DNA from: Candidatus Omnitrophota bacterium
GTDB taxonomy: Bacteria > Omnitrophota > Gorgyraeia > Gorgyraeales > Gorgyraeaceae
DNA length: 64,000 bases
NCBI GenBank assembly: GCA_030691625.1
Contig: JAUYDX010000088.1
Coordinates: 1,856 to 65,855 of the forward strand
Direction of reading: 5' to 3'
Shown piece by piece: positions 1 to 9,125 of this stretch (position 1 is the first letter of the stretch; every line of letters begins with the position of its first letter). The notes under the pieces are model-generated. The model was given only the letters and a program-made list of their open reading frames with translations, was not told where the DNA came from and ran no database searches. The translations under genes were made by a program, and so were the position numbers.

Positions 1-548
1 CTTATATAATGGATATCGAAAACGAGATCTACGTGAATCCAAGCCCTTCTCCGGGCCAGAACGAGAATTATGACAAGACAAGGAGATCAGGCGTGGAGCT
101 TGGCATGGAGACGGATCTGCGCAAATTTTATGACATACCCGCGCTCGACAAGCTGGAGTTTTTTACAAATTACGCTTTCCAGGACGCTGAATTCAGAGGC
201 GGCGCGTACAGCGGTAAACAGATACCAATGGTGCCTAAAAATCAGGGCAATGCCGGCTTAAACGCGGGGTTTATGAAAAATTACATCCTGAACGTAACAG
301 GTAAATACGTGGGCGATAGATACGCCATAAACGATACCGGCAATGCGACGCCCAAGGTAAAAAGCTACATCACCATGGACACAAAGCTTTCTTATAAAAG
401 AGACGCTATGGAGATATACGGAAGCATGAACAATGTGTTCAACGAGAAATATTCAACATACGTAGCCAAGAGCACGTCTTCCGCGAAAAAAGATTACTAC
501 CCCGCGCCTGAGAGGAATTTTGAAATCGGCGCGGTCTATAAATGGTGA
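1..548 (+). CDS. C-terminal part of an outer-membrane beta-barrel (TonB-dependent receptor-like); 5' partial
   Basis: ORF runs in from the window edge. Alternating beta-strand pattern; ends ...FEIGAVYKW with a terminal aromatic typical of OMP barrels. Confidence 0.5.
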   Translation, partial: YIMDIENEIYVNPSPSPGQNENYDKTRRSGVELGMETDLRKFYDIPALDKLEFFTNYAFQDAEFRGGAYSGKQIPMVPKNQGNAGLNAGFMKNYILNVTGKYVGDRYAINDTGNATPKVKSYITMDTKLSYKRDAMEIYGSMNNVFNEKYSTYVAKSTSSAKKDYYPAPERNFEIGAVYKW

Positions 549-675
549 GGGTTCTCGACTAAGCTTGCGCGATTAGCCGCAACGTCCGCTCGAACAATAT
601 TGCAGCAAAGGACAAAGTCCCCTAATATTCTTCGAGCGGTCACGAGAGCGTATCATGGGAGCGGAGTCGAGAAGT
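549..675. mobile_element. family-4 MITE (~127 bp) with GGTTCTCGACT / AGTCGAGAA terminal inverted repeats
   Basis: TIRs plus internal palindrome GTCCGCTCGAACAATATT..AATATTCTTCGAGCGGTC; ~90% identical to copy at 5992-6097. Confidence 0.8.
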
Positions 676-714
676 TCTTGTATTTGACAAATCAGCGCGC
701 AATTGATATCATAG

Positions 715-1395
715 ATGCAAATGTTTGAAAATAAATCTTTTCAGCTGGCTGTCCTGGTTTCGATCTTTTTGCATTTTTCCGTGTTCCTGATCACGCCTTA
801 TACAGGCGCGTTGCCAAGAAAAGAACGCATCGATCCCATAAAGGTAGCTTATTTTAAGGTAAAGGCCGAGCCTAAAAAGGTTGTGGGAGAGAGGCCGCGG
901 CCCATTTCTCCTCTGGCGCCAGAGGCATTGCCTAAAGTAAAGAAGGATGAGATTTTAAACCCGCCGCAGGCGCAGGCAAAAAAAAAGGAAGAGCCGACCG
1001 TTGAAACCATAACCTCTGACTCCAGGGCCATAATAGGCGCCAAAGGCAAAAAGTTTGAAACAGTTGTCAATGACGAGAAGGATAGCGGCAAGAAAGCCGC
1101 TTATATAGGTTACTACAGATCAGTAAGGGAAAGGATAAGGTATTACGCTGATAGAAATTATATAAAGCAGGGCAGCGCGGCCCAGGGCGAGGTTTTTCTG
1201 TCCTTTGTGGTGACCTCCAGCGGAGAGCTTCTTCATATAATGGTTATTGACGCAAAGTCAGCGGATGACGCGATGTTGAGAAACATAGCTGTGGACAGCG
1301 TGAGAGACGCGAGCCCCTTCCCGGCATTTCCCCAGGGCATGAACCAGTACCAGGTCACCTTCAACGTAATAATCTCCTTCGAACTCAACAAATAA
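715..1395 (+). CDS. TonB family energy transducer (N-terminal TM, Pro/Lys-rich linker, TonB_C domain)
   Basis: N-terminal hydrophobic anchor, PKKVVGERPRPISPLAPEALPKVKK proline-rich spacer, C-terminal TonB-like fold (GEVFLSFVV...NVIISFEL). Confidence 0.6.
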   Translation: MQMFENKSFQLAVLVSIFLHFSVFLITPYTGALPRKERIDPIKVAYFKVKAEPKKVVGERPRPISPLAPEALPKVKKDEILNPPQAQAKKKEEPTVETITSDSRAIIGAKGKKFETVVNDEKDSGKKAAYIGYYRSVRERIRYYADRNYIKQGSAAQGEVFLSFVVTSSGELLHIMVIDAKSADDAMLRNIAVDSVRDASPFPAFPQGMNQYQVTFNVIISFELNK

Positions 1396-1434
1396 CTTTA
1401 CACTTCAAACAATGTTACAAGTGTCAAGTTGTTT
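1394..1434. repeat. family-1 40-bp palindrome (AACTTKACACTT..AAGTGTCAAGTT) copy A, upstream of groES promoter
   Basis: near-perfect inverted repeat. Confidence 0.9.
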
Positions 1435-1444
1435 AAAAAAATAC

Positions 1445-1473
1445 TTGACAAAGAGCCAGGGTTTGGTATTATA
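1445..1473 (+). promoter_or_regulatory. sigma-70-like promoter of groES (TTGACA, 17 nt spacer, ATTATA)
   Basis: TTGACA at 1445-1450, 17 nt spacer, ATTATA at 1468-1473, immediately upstream of CIRCE. Confidence 0.55.
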
Positions 1474-1482
1474 TTACAATAA

Positions 1483-1509
1483 ATAGCACTCCTCTTGGTA
1501 GAGTGCTGA
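1483..1509 (+). promoter_or_regulatory. CIRCE operator (HrcA binding site) aTAGCACTC-N9-GAGTGCTgA
   Basis: Matches consensus TTAGCACTC-N9-GAGTGCTAA; located between promoter and groES RBS. Confidence 0.85.
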
Positions 1510-1528
1510 CAAAATAAGGAGGTGTTAT

Positions 1529-1816
1529 ATGGCAATACAACCTTTAGGAGACAGAGTTCTCGTAAAAAGGCTTGAAGCAGAGGAAAAGACCAAAGGAGGC
1601 ATTGTTTTACCAGACACTGCCAAGGAAAAGCCCCAAAAAGGCGAGGTGGTAAGCTGCGGCAAAGGCAAGACGCTTGAGAGCGGCAAGGTAGAGCCTTTGG
1701 AGGTTAAAAAAGGCGATGTGGTGCTTTTTGGCAAATATTCAGGCGCGGAAATCACTTATAAAGAGGAAGAGTATCTGATATTAAAGGAAGAGGACATTTT
1801 AGCAATAATCAAATAA
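1529..1816 (+). CDS. groES: co-chaperonin GroES
   Basis: 95 aa, [14 protein letters not shown]...[14 protein letters not shown] classic Cpn10; SD AAGGAGG upstream. Confidence 0.95.
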   Translation: MAIQPLGDRVLVKRLEAEEKTKGGIVLPDTAKEKPQKGEVVSCGKGKTLESGKVEPLEVKKGDVVLFGKYSGAEITYKEEEYLILKEEDILAIIK

Positions 1817-1859
1817 ACAACTTTACACTTCAAACAATGTTACAAGTGTCAAGTTGTTT
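1815..1859. repeat. family-1 palindrome copy B, between groES stop and groEL RBS
   Basis: AAACAACTTTACACTTCAAACAATGTTACAAGTGTCAAGTTGTTT. Confidence 0.9.
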
Positions 1860-1881
1860 GGGAAAAAGGGAGGGAAATAAG

Positions 1882-3522
<1,641 letters not shown>

Positions 3523-3530
3523 TAGTTTGA

Positions 3531-3609
3531 CTTCTCGACTCTGCTCTCCTGATATGCTTTCGTGACCGCTCGAAGAATATTGCTCGAGCGAACGAAGTGA
3601 GTCGAGAAC
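3531..3609. mobile_element. family-4 MITE, shorter copy in inverted orientation
   Basis: TTCTCGACT...GTGACCGCTCGAAGAATATTGCTCGAGCG...AGTCGAGAA. Confidence 0.75.
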
Positions 3610-3623
3610 ATTAGGCCACACTT

Positions 3624-3657
3624 AAGCCCGCGGCGAGAAATCGCCGCGGGCTTTTTA
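3624..3657 (+). terminator. rho-independent terminator after groESL
   Basis: 12 bp GC stem AAGCCCGCGGCG/CGCCGCGGGCTT, AGAAAT loop, T-run. Confidence 0.75.
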
Positions 3658-3665
3658 TTGCCTCC

Positions 3666-3712
3666 CAAACAACTTGACACTTCAAACAATGTTACAAGTG
3701 TCAAGTTGTTTG
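3666..3712. repeat. family-1 palindrome copy C
   Basis: inverted repeat, same consensus. Confidence 0.9.
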
Positions 3713-3729
3713 TTGTTCAAATAGCGTAT

Positions 3730-3758
3730 TTGACAATAAGATATCTATGTGATATATT
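3730..3758 (+). promoter_or_regulatory. sigma-70-like promoter (TTGACA-17-TATATT) for MoxR operon
   Basis: consensus hexamers with 17 nt spacer about 60 nt upstream of RBS. Confidence 0.5.
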
Positions 3759-3816
3759 TGAGGTAATATTTTATATTAAATTAATTAGATAATCAAACTC
3801 ACAAGGAGGATGCGGC

Positions 3817-4755
3817 ATGCCAGACCTTTACGAAATCCCCAAAAAGCTTATTGAGAATATCTCAAAGGTTATAGTGGGCAAAAAAGATGTAATTGAGCTG
3901 GTTGTTGTGGGCCTTATGGCCAATGGGCACGTGCTGCTGGAAGATGTGCCCGGACTGGGAAAAACAATGCTTTCCAGGACGCTCGCGAAATCCATAGCGG
4001 GCAGATTCAAAAGAATCCAGTTCACGCCGGATCTTCTGCCATCGGATGTTACCGGCGTTTCGATATACAATCAGAAAACAGGCGAGTTCGAATTCAACGA
4101 AGGCCCTGTATTCGCGAATATAGTGCTGGCCGATGAAATAAACCGCACCACGCCAAGGACCCAGTCAGCCCTGCTGGAAGCCATGCAGGAATTTAACGTT
4201 ACCATAGATGGGATCTTAAGGGAACTGCCGACCCCGTTTTTTGTAATAGCCACAGAAAACCCCATAGAATTTCACGGCACATATCCTCTGCCGGAGTCGC
4301 AGGTGGACAGGTTCCTTATGCAGCTTGCGGTAGGGTATCCTTCAAATGTGGAAGAGGTAAATATCCTTACAAGGAATTTCAGGGAATCCCCCCTGGAGAC
4401 CCTGCAGAGCGTAGTCAGCATAGAAGAAATAATAGAGGTCCAGAAGGCAGTGATGTCGGTGCACATAGACCAGAAAGTGGCTGATTACATAGTCCAGATA
4501 GTTTCCAGTTCCAGAAATATGCCTGGCGACATAAAGCTCGGGGCCAGTCCCAGGGCGTCGCTGGCGCTCATGCGCACGTCAAGGGCGCTGGCATTCCTTG
4601 ATAAAAGGGATTATGTAATACCTGATGATGTAAAAAATCTCTCGTATCATGTGCTTAAACACAGGCTTATCCTTCAGCCGCGCTCCATAGTGCGCGGGCT
4701 GACAACAAGAGACATTGTAAATCATATATTAAAAAAGGTCTCTGTGCCGGTTTAG
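3817..4755 (+). CDS. MoxR-like AAA+ ATPase
   Basis: Walker A GLGKT, Walker B DEINR, MoxR family length and motifs. Confidence 0.9.
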   Translation: MPDLYEIPKKLIENISKVIVGKKDVIELVVVGLMANGHVLLEDVPGLGKTMLSRTLAKSIAGRFKRIQFTPDLLPSDVTGVSIYNQKTGEFEFNEGPVFANIVLADEINRTTPRTQSALLEAMQEFNVTIDGILRELPTPFFVIATENPIEFHGTYPLPESQVDRFLMQLAVGYPSNVEEVNILTRNFRESPLETLQSVVSIEEIIEVQKAVMSVHIDQKVADYIVQIVSSSRNMPGDIKLGASPRASLALMRTSRALAFLDKRDYVIPDDVKNLSYHVLKHRLILQPRSIVRGLTTRDIVNHILKKVSVPV

Positions 4756-4758
4756 TAT

Positions 4759-5991
4759 ATGCTGATAACCCTCAAAGGCATATCTCTTCTTTTAGCCGTA
4801 ATAGTCCTCATAGCTATTGCCTGGAATACCGACATAACAATGGTGTACATATTTTTTGTGGTGGCCTTTGTTATGTTTGTACTGTCCCTGGCGCATACCT
4901 ATCTTAACATCCCGGATATAGATGTCCAGCGCGCGGTCCAGGAAACCGCATTCGAAGAAGAAGTGCTTAATATCAAGATGCGCATCCGCAATAAACTGTC
5001 CAGGCCTGTTTACTTTTTTGAGCTGTTGGATTTTTTTCCAGGCGGCCAGCCGGGCAAGGAGAAGATATCCCTGTTTATCCTGGCCATAAACCCGGGAGGG
5101 GAGATCAATTTTAATTACAGCGCGGATTGTTACAAAAGAGGCGTATGGAAACTCGGGCCTATAGAGATTACGTCTCAGGATGCCCTGGGTTTTTTTAGAA
5201 TGAAAAAAATCCTGGACGTAGTATCTGATATAGTTGTATATCCGGCTGTTTTCAGGATAATGGCTTTTCCTGCCCTGGCCAGCGGGTCTGTTTCATGGAT
5301 GGGAGTGGAGACAGCCAAGATAAGCGGAGACAGCCACGAATTTTTCGGGATCAGGGAATATCAGCGCGGAGACACGATAAGCAAGATGCATTGGCCGTCC
5401 ACAGCCAAGCATAATAAATTGATAGTGAGGCAGTTTGAGCGCAACGCGGTCCAGGAGGCGACCATAGTGCTGGACCTTATGAAGGGCCATGATATAGGCG
5501 CGGGCAGGGAAACTACGCTTGAGTACGCTGTAAAGATATCCGCATCCATAGCGAAGTTTCTGCTCAATAGCGGTGTCTTTGTGCAGGTAATGGGATATAC
5601 AGACGAGGCGCTGGTGATACCGTTCGGAAAAGGCGAATCCCATATGTATAAAATACTGGAATACCTGGCAAAGGTCCAGTCTACAGGAGGGCATAATCTC
5701 AGCGAGACGCTGGAAGAGGCGAGTTTTCTTACGCCTTATAGCTCCACGCTTGTGGTGACAATGCTGGACAATGACATGGACGCGCTTTCCAGCCTGGTGC
5801 AGTTCAGGGCAAAAGGCGTAAAGCTCATAGTGGCTGTGCTTTCTGTTTCAACTTTTGGCCACTCTGATGAGATTGAGTATCTGGATACAGAGGCCGCTAA
5901 AAAGTTTGACGAGGCGCTGGTGGGCCTGGATGCCTACGTGTACAGGATATCCAAAGGCGATGATTTTGAGAAAAAATTCGAGACAGCGTAA
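4759..5991 (+). CDS. DUF58 (vWA-like) protein, MoxR partner
   Basis: conserved EFxGxREYxxGD motif (HEFFGIREYQRGD), N-terminal TM helices, operon position after MoxR. Confidence 0.8.
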   Translation: MLITLKGISLLLAVIVLIAIAWNTDITMVYIFFVVAFVMFVLSLAHTYLNIPDIDVQRAVQETAFEEEVLNIKMRIRNKLSRPVYFFELLDFFPGGQPGKEKISLFILAINPGGEINFNYSADCYKRGVWKLGPIEITSQDALGFFRMKKILDVVSDIVVYPAVFRIMAFPALASGSVSWMGVETAKISGDSHEFFGIREYQRGDTISKMHWPSTAKHNKLIVRQFERNAVQEATIVLDLMKGHDIGAGRETTLEYAVKISASIAKFLLNSGVFVQVMGYTDEALVIPFGKGESHMYKILEYLAKVQSTGGHNLSETLEEASFLTPYSSTLVVTMLDNDMDALSSLVQFRAKGVKLIVAVLSVSTFGHSDEIEYLDTEAAKKFDEALVGLDAYVYRISKGDDFEKKFETA

Positions 5992-6097
5992 TGGTTCTCG
6001 ACTGGGCTTGCGCATTACGATAATAACGTCCGCTCGAACAATACTAATATTCTTCGAGCGGTCAGAAGAGCGCATCATGGGAGCGGAGTCGAGAAGC
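5992..6097. mobile_element. family-4 MITE
   Basis: TIRs GGTTCTCGACT / AGTCGAGAAG, same internal palindrome. Confidence 0.8.
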
Positions 6098-6111
6098 CCT
6101 TTAATATTTAT

Positions 6112-7743
6112 ATGAATAGAGACTTTTTATATTTTCATTTTGCGAATCTGGGGCTTATTATGATAGGGATATTGTCTGCGCAGAAAATCCTGGGCCCTAT
6201 TATCACAGCAGGGCTTTTAGCCGGGATTGTGGCGGGATTTTTCTTCAGCTGGAGTATCAGGAAGGCCAGGCCTCCGCACATAGATACTTTTATAGGCATG
6301 CTCTCGCTGGCCAGCGTGGTGATTATACTGAGCAGGTTTTACGAGGTGCAGATAACCTTTGAAAATCTCATAAAGATTTTTTCAACAGCCCTTGTCTGGC
6401 TCAGCCTTTTCCAGTCTTTCGGGCTGGAGGACTACAAGAATTATAATATAGTCCAATTTATATCAGTCTGCCTTTTGATCGCTTCTGTAAGCCTCGCGCT
6501 TGAAAATGAGGCGATCTACGTCTTTTACCTTACGGTTTTTCTGTTTCTGTTTATTTTCACTACGCGCCTGGGCCTTGTGTGCAAAAAACAGACCCAGGGC
6601 TCTGTCATCATAGGCGATAAGGAAGAGATAATGAGCCTGTGGCAGCAGATAAAGATAGGCGCGATCATGTTTTCTATTGTCCTGATGCTCTCTGCCCTGG
6701 TTTACCCTATGGTGCCCAGGTTCAACAGCCTTTCTTTAAGCTGGGTGCCTGCCTCGCTTCTGGGCCTGCCTGAGAAGATCCCGCTTTTAAAATTGATAAA
6801 TGACGCGAGGCAGAAGATCAAAGACAAAAAAAATAAGAAAGACCAGCTGATAACGGACAATCTTAAGAAAAGAGAGACAAGCGGAGACAAGATTCAGCAA
6901 AAAAAGCTTGAAAAACAAAAAGAGAAGCAGACATCTACAGAAAGATTCAAGGCGGGAGATTTTGATAAATCCGTGGATGTTTTAAAAATAGAGAGCCTTA
7001 CGATAAAGGCGGATAAAAACGAGATACCGCTTGATCAAAAAGCAAATCTGAAGGCGGAATTAAAACTGACAGACGGTTCCGGTATCCCTGCCACAAGGCT
7101 TGTGGACTGGAAGGTCATAGGGTCAGGGCAGGGCTCAGGCGGCGGCATCGGAAGAGTTATGATAGACAAAGACGGGAATATTACCCCCAGGGGGCCTGGG
7201 TTTGTCACTATATCCGCCTCTTACATGGGGACCTTCAGCAACGACGTGAAAATCAAGATAAAAGAACCGCTGAAGCCTAAAAAGAAAAGAGGTTTTTTAT
7301 TTTATTTTTTTATTTTTTTCTTATGGTTATTATTGCTATCGCTCGTTATCCTGACCATAAGGACTATTATAAGGGTATACACCTTGACGGAGATGCGGGA
7401 ATTGGCCCCGAAGAGGTTCATAAAAGAACTGTATTTTGCGCTTTGCAGGGCGCTTAAATTTTACGGGGTCCGCAAAATGAATTATACGGCTTACAGGGAA
7501 TTCTATAAGTTCATCAAAGAGCTTATCCGCGCGAGGCCGGAGCCGATGTACGCCTTTACAGAAAATTTTATGGAATCGCATTTCTCCGAGCACGAGATTA
7601 CCACAGAGCATTCCCATAAATACCTGGATTTATTCCACGAAACAAAAGACGTCATCCTGGAAAGAGACGATAAAAATAGCTTTTTGAGGGGTATCCTCTT
7701 CAGGCTGTATTTGCTCGACATATTACTCATACCCAAAAAATAA
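6112..7743 (+). CDS. multi-pass membrane protein with Big_2 Ig-like domain and DUF4129-like C-terminus (third gene of MoxR/DUF58 operon)
   Basis: N-terminal TM bundle, K/E-rich linker, Big_2-like segment (KVIGSGQGSGGG...VTISASY), TM helix, C-terminal domain typical of DUF4129. Confidence 0.5.
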   Translation: MNRDFLYFHFANLGLIMIGILSAQKILGPIITAGLLAGIVAGFFFSWSIRKARPPHIDTFIGMLSLASVVIILSRFYEVQITFENLIKIFSTALVWLSLFQSFGLEDYKNYNIVQFISVCLLIASVSLALENEAIYVFYLTVFLFLFIFTTRLGLVCKKQTQGSVIIGDKEEIMSLWQQIKIGAIMFSIVLMLSALVYPMVPRFNSLSLSWVPASLLGLPEKIPLLKLINDARQKIKDKKNKKDQLITDNLKKRETSGDKIQQKKLEKQKEKQTSTERFKAGDFDKSVDVLKIESLTIKADKNEIPLDQKANLKAELKLTDGSGIPATRLVDWKVIGSGQGSGGGIGRVMIDKDGNITPRGPGFVTISASYMGTFSNDVKIKIKEPLKPKKKRGFLFYFFIFFLWLLLLSLVILTIRTIIRVYTLTEMRELAPKRFIKELYFALCRALKFYGVRKMNYTAYREFYKFIKELIRARPEPMYAFTENFMESHFSEHEITTEHSHKYLDLFHETKDVILERDDKNSFLRGILFRLYLLDILLIPKK

Positions 7744-7761
7744 TCAACCTAACCGCCCCAG

Positions 7762-7804
7762 CAACTTTACACTTGTAACAATGTTTGTAGTGTCAAGTTG
7801 TTTG
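7762..7804. repeat. family-1 palindrome copy D (inner segment in opposite orientation)
   Basis: outer arms conserved, inner 19 nt reverse-complemented relative to copy A. Confidence 0.85.
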
Positions 7805-7823
7805 ACCAAGGGTGTCAACTTTC

Positions 7824-7852
7824 TTGACTTTATGGCGGATTTGCTGTATTAT
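7824..7852 (+). promoter_or_regulatory. sigma-70-like promoter (TTGACT-17-TATTAT)
   Basis: hexamers with 17 nt spacer upstream of 7895 gene, just after a family-1 palindrome. Confidence 0.5.
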
Positions 7853-7894
7853 ACAATCTCTAAACAGTTGTTTCGTAAATTCAGGAGGTATTAA

Positions 7895-9055
7895 ATGGGC
7901 GAGTGGGTTGGAAGAGGCAGGAAGGCAAGGAGATGTTATGGGTTTGACGAGATCGCGCTTGTCCCCGGCAATGTTACGATAAATCCAAAAGAGACAGATA
8001 CGAGCTGGGAACTGGACGGAAAGAAATACAAGGTGCCTATTCTGGCAGCTGCCATGGACGGGGTAGTGGATGTGAAATTCGCGATAGAGATGTCCAGGCT
8101 CGGCGGGATAGCCGTCCTTAATTTAAACGGCGTGCAGACCAGGTATGAAGATCCTGATGAGGTGCTTGAGAAAATATCGCGCGCTAACCCGGAAGAAGCC
8201 ACAAAACTTGTGCAGTCGCTTTATCTGAAGCCTGTGCAGGAAAAACTTATCGCGAAAAGGATCAAGGAGATCAAATCCAAGAAAGGCGTGGCAGCTGTAA
8301 GTGCCATACCGCAGGACGCAGAAAAGTTCGGCAAGGTGGCTCAGGAGGCTGGCGCTGATATCTTTTTTATTCAATCAACTGTCATAAGCGTCAATCATGT
8401 CTCCAGCGAATATAAGATCGTGGACCTGGCGAAATTTATCAAATCAATGAAGATACCTGTGGTGCTGGGAAATTGCGTTACGTATTCCGTGGCGTTGGAA
8501 TTAATGGAGGCCGGGCCTGCGGCTATCCTGGTCGGGATAGGTCCTGGCGCGGCGTGCACCACTCGGGGCGTCTTAGGTATAGGCGTGCCTCAGGTAACAG
8601 CCACTTCGGATATAGCTGCGGCAAGGGATTTTTATTACAAGAAGACAGCGAAATACATACCTATTATAACAGACGGCGGCATGGATTCAGGCGGAGATAT
8701 ATGCAAGGCATTTGCCTGCGGCGCAGACGCGGTAATGGTGGGCTCTGCTTTCGCGAGGGCAAAGGAGGCGCCTGGCAAGGGATATCACTGGGGAATGGCA
8801 ACGCCACACGCCAACCTTCCCCGCGGCACCAGGATTCACGTTGGCACCACAGGGACACTGGAAGAGATCCTCCTGGGCCCTGCGAAGCTCGATGACGGCT
8901 CTCAGAATTTAGTAGGCGCTCTTATGACGTCAATGGGAAACCTCGGCGCTAGAAACATTAGAGAGATGCAGCTCACTGAAATTATCATAGCCCCATCCAT
9001 CAAGACCGAAGGCAAGATCATGCAAAGGGTCCAAAAGGTTGGCATGGGTAAATAA
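7895..9055 (+). CDS. IMP dehydrogenase/GMP reductase family protein (no CBS pair)
   Basis: TIM-barrel IMPDH motifs (GIGPGAACTTR catalytic Cys loop, GGMDSGGDICKAFACGADAVMVGS). Confidence 0.75.
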   Translation: MGEWVGRGRKARRCYGFDEIALVPGNVTINPKETDTSWELDGKKYKVPILAAAMDGVVDVKFAIEMSRLGGIAVLNLNGVQTRYEDPDEVLEKISRANPEEATKLVQSLYLKPVQEKLIAKRIKEIKSKKGVAAVSAIPQDAEKFGKVAQEAGADIFFIQSTVISVNHVSSEYKIVDLAKFIKSMKIPVVLGNCVTYSVALELMEAGPAAILVGIGPGAACTTRGVLGIGVPQVTATSDIAAARDFYYKKTAKYIPIITDGGMDSGGDICKAFACGADAVMVGSAFARAKEAPGKGYHWGMATPHANLPRGTRIHVGTTGTLEEILLGPAKLDDGSQNLVGALMTSMGNLGARNIREMQLTEIIIAPSIKTEGKIMQRVQKVGMGK

Positions 9056-9068
9056 AGTTAACCCGGAT

Positions 9069-9115
9069 TCAAACAACTTGACACTTGAAACAATGTCACA
9101 AGTGTCAAGTTGTTT
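9069..9115. repeat. family-1 palindrome copy E, between IMPDH-like stop and dnaE start
   Basis: inverted repeat. Confidence 0.9.
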
Positions 9116-9125
9116 GGTTGATTAT

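Noticed and set aside
8473-8895. Arg-rich 140-aa ORF in alternate frame of the IMPDH-family gene
   Set aside because: Overlaps a strongly conserved CDS in another frame; low-complexity R/G composition typical of out-of-frame GC-rich translation
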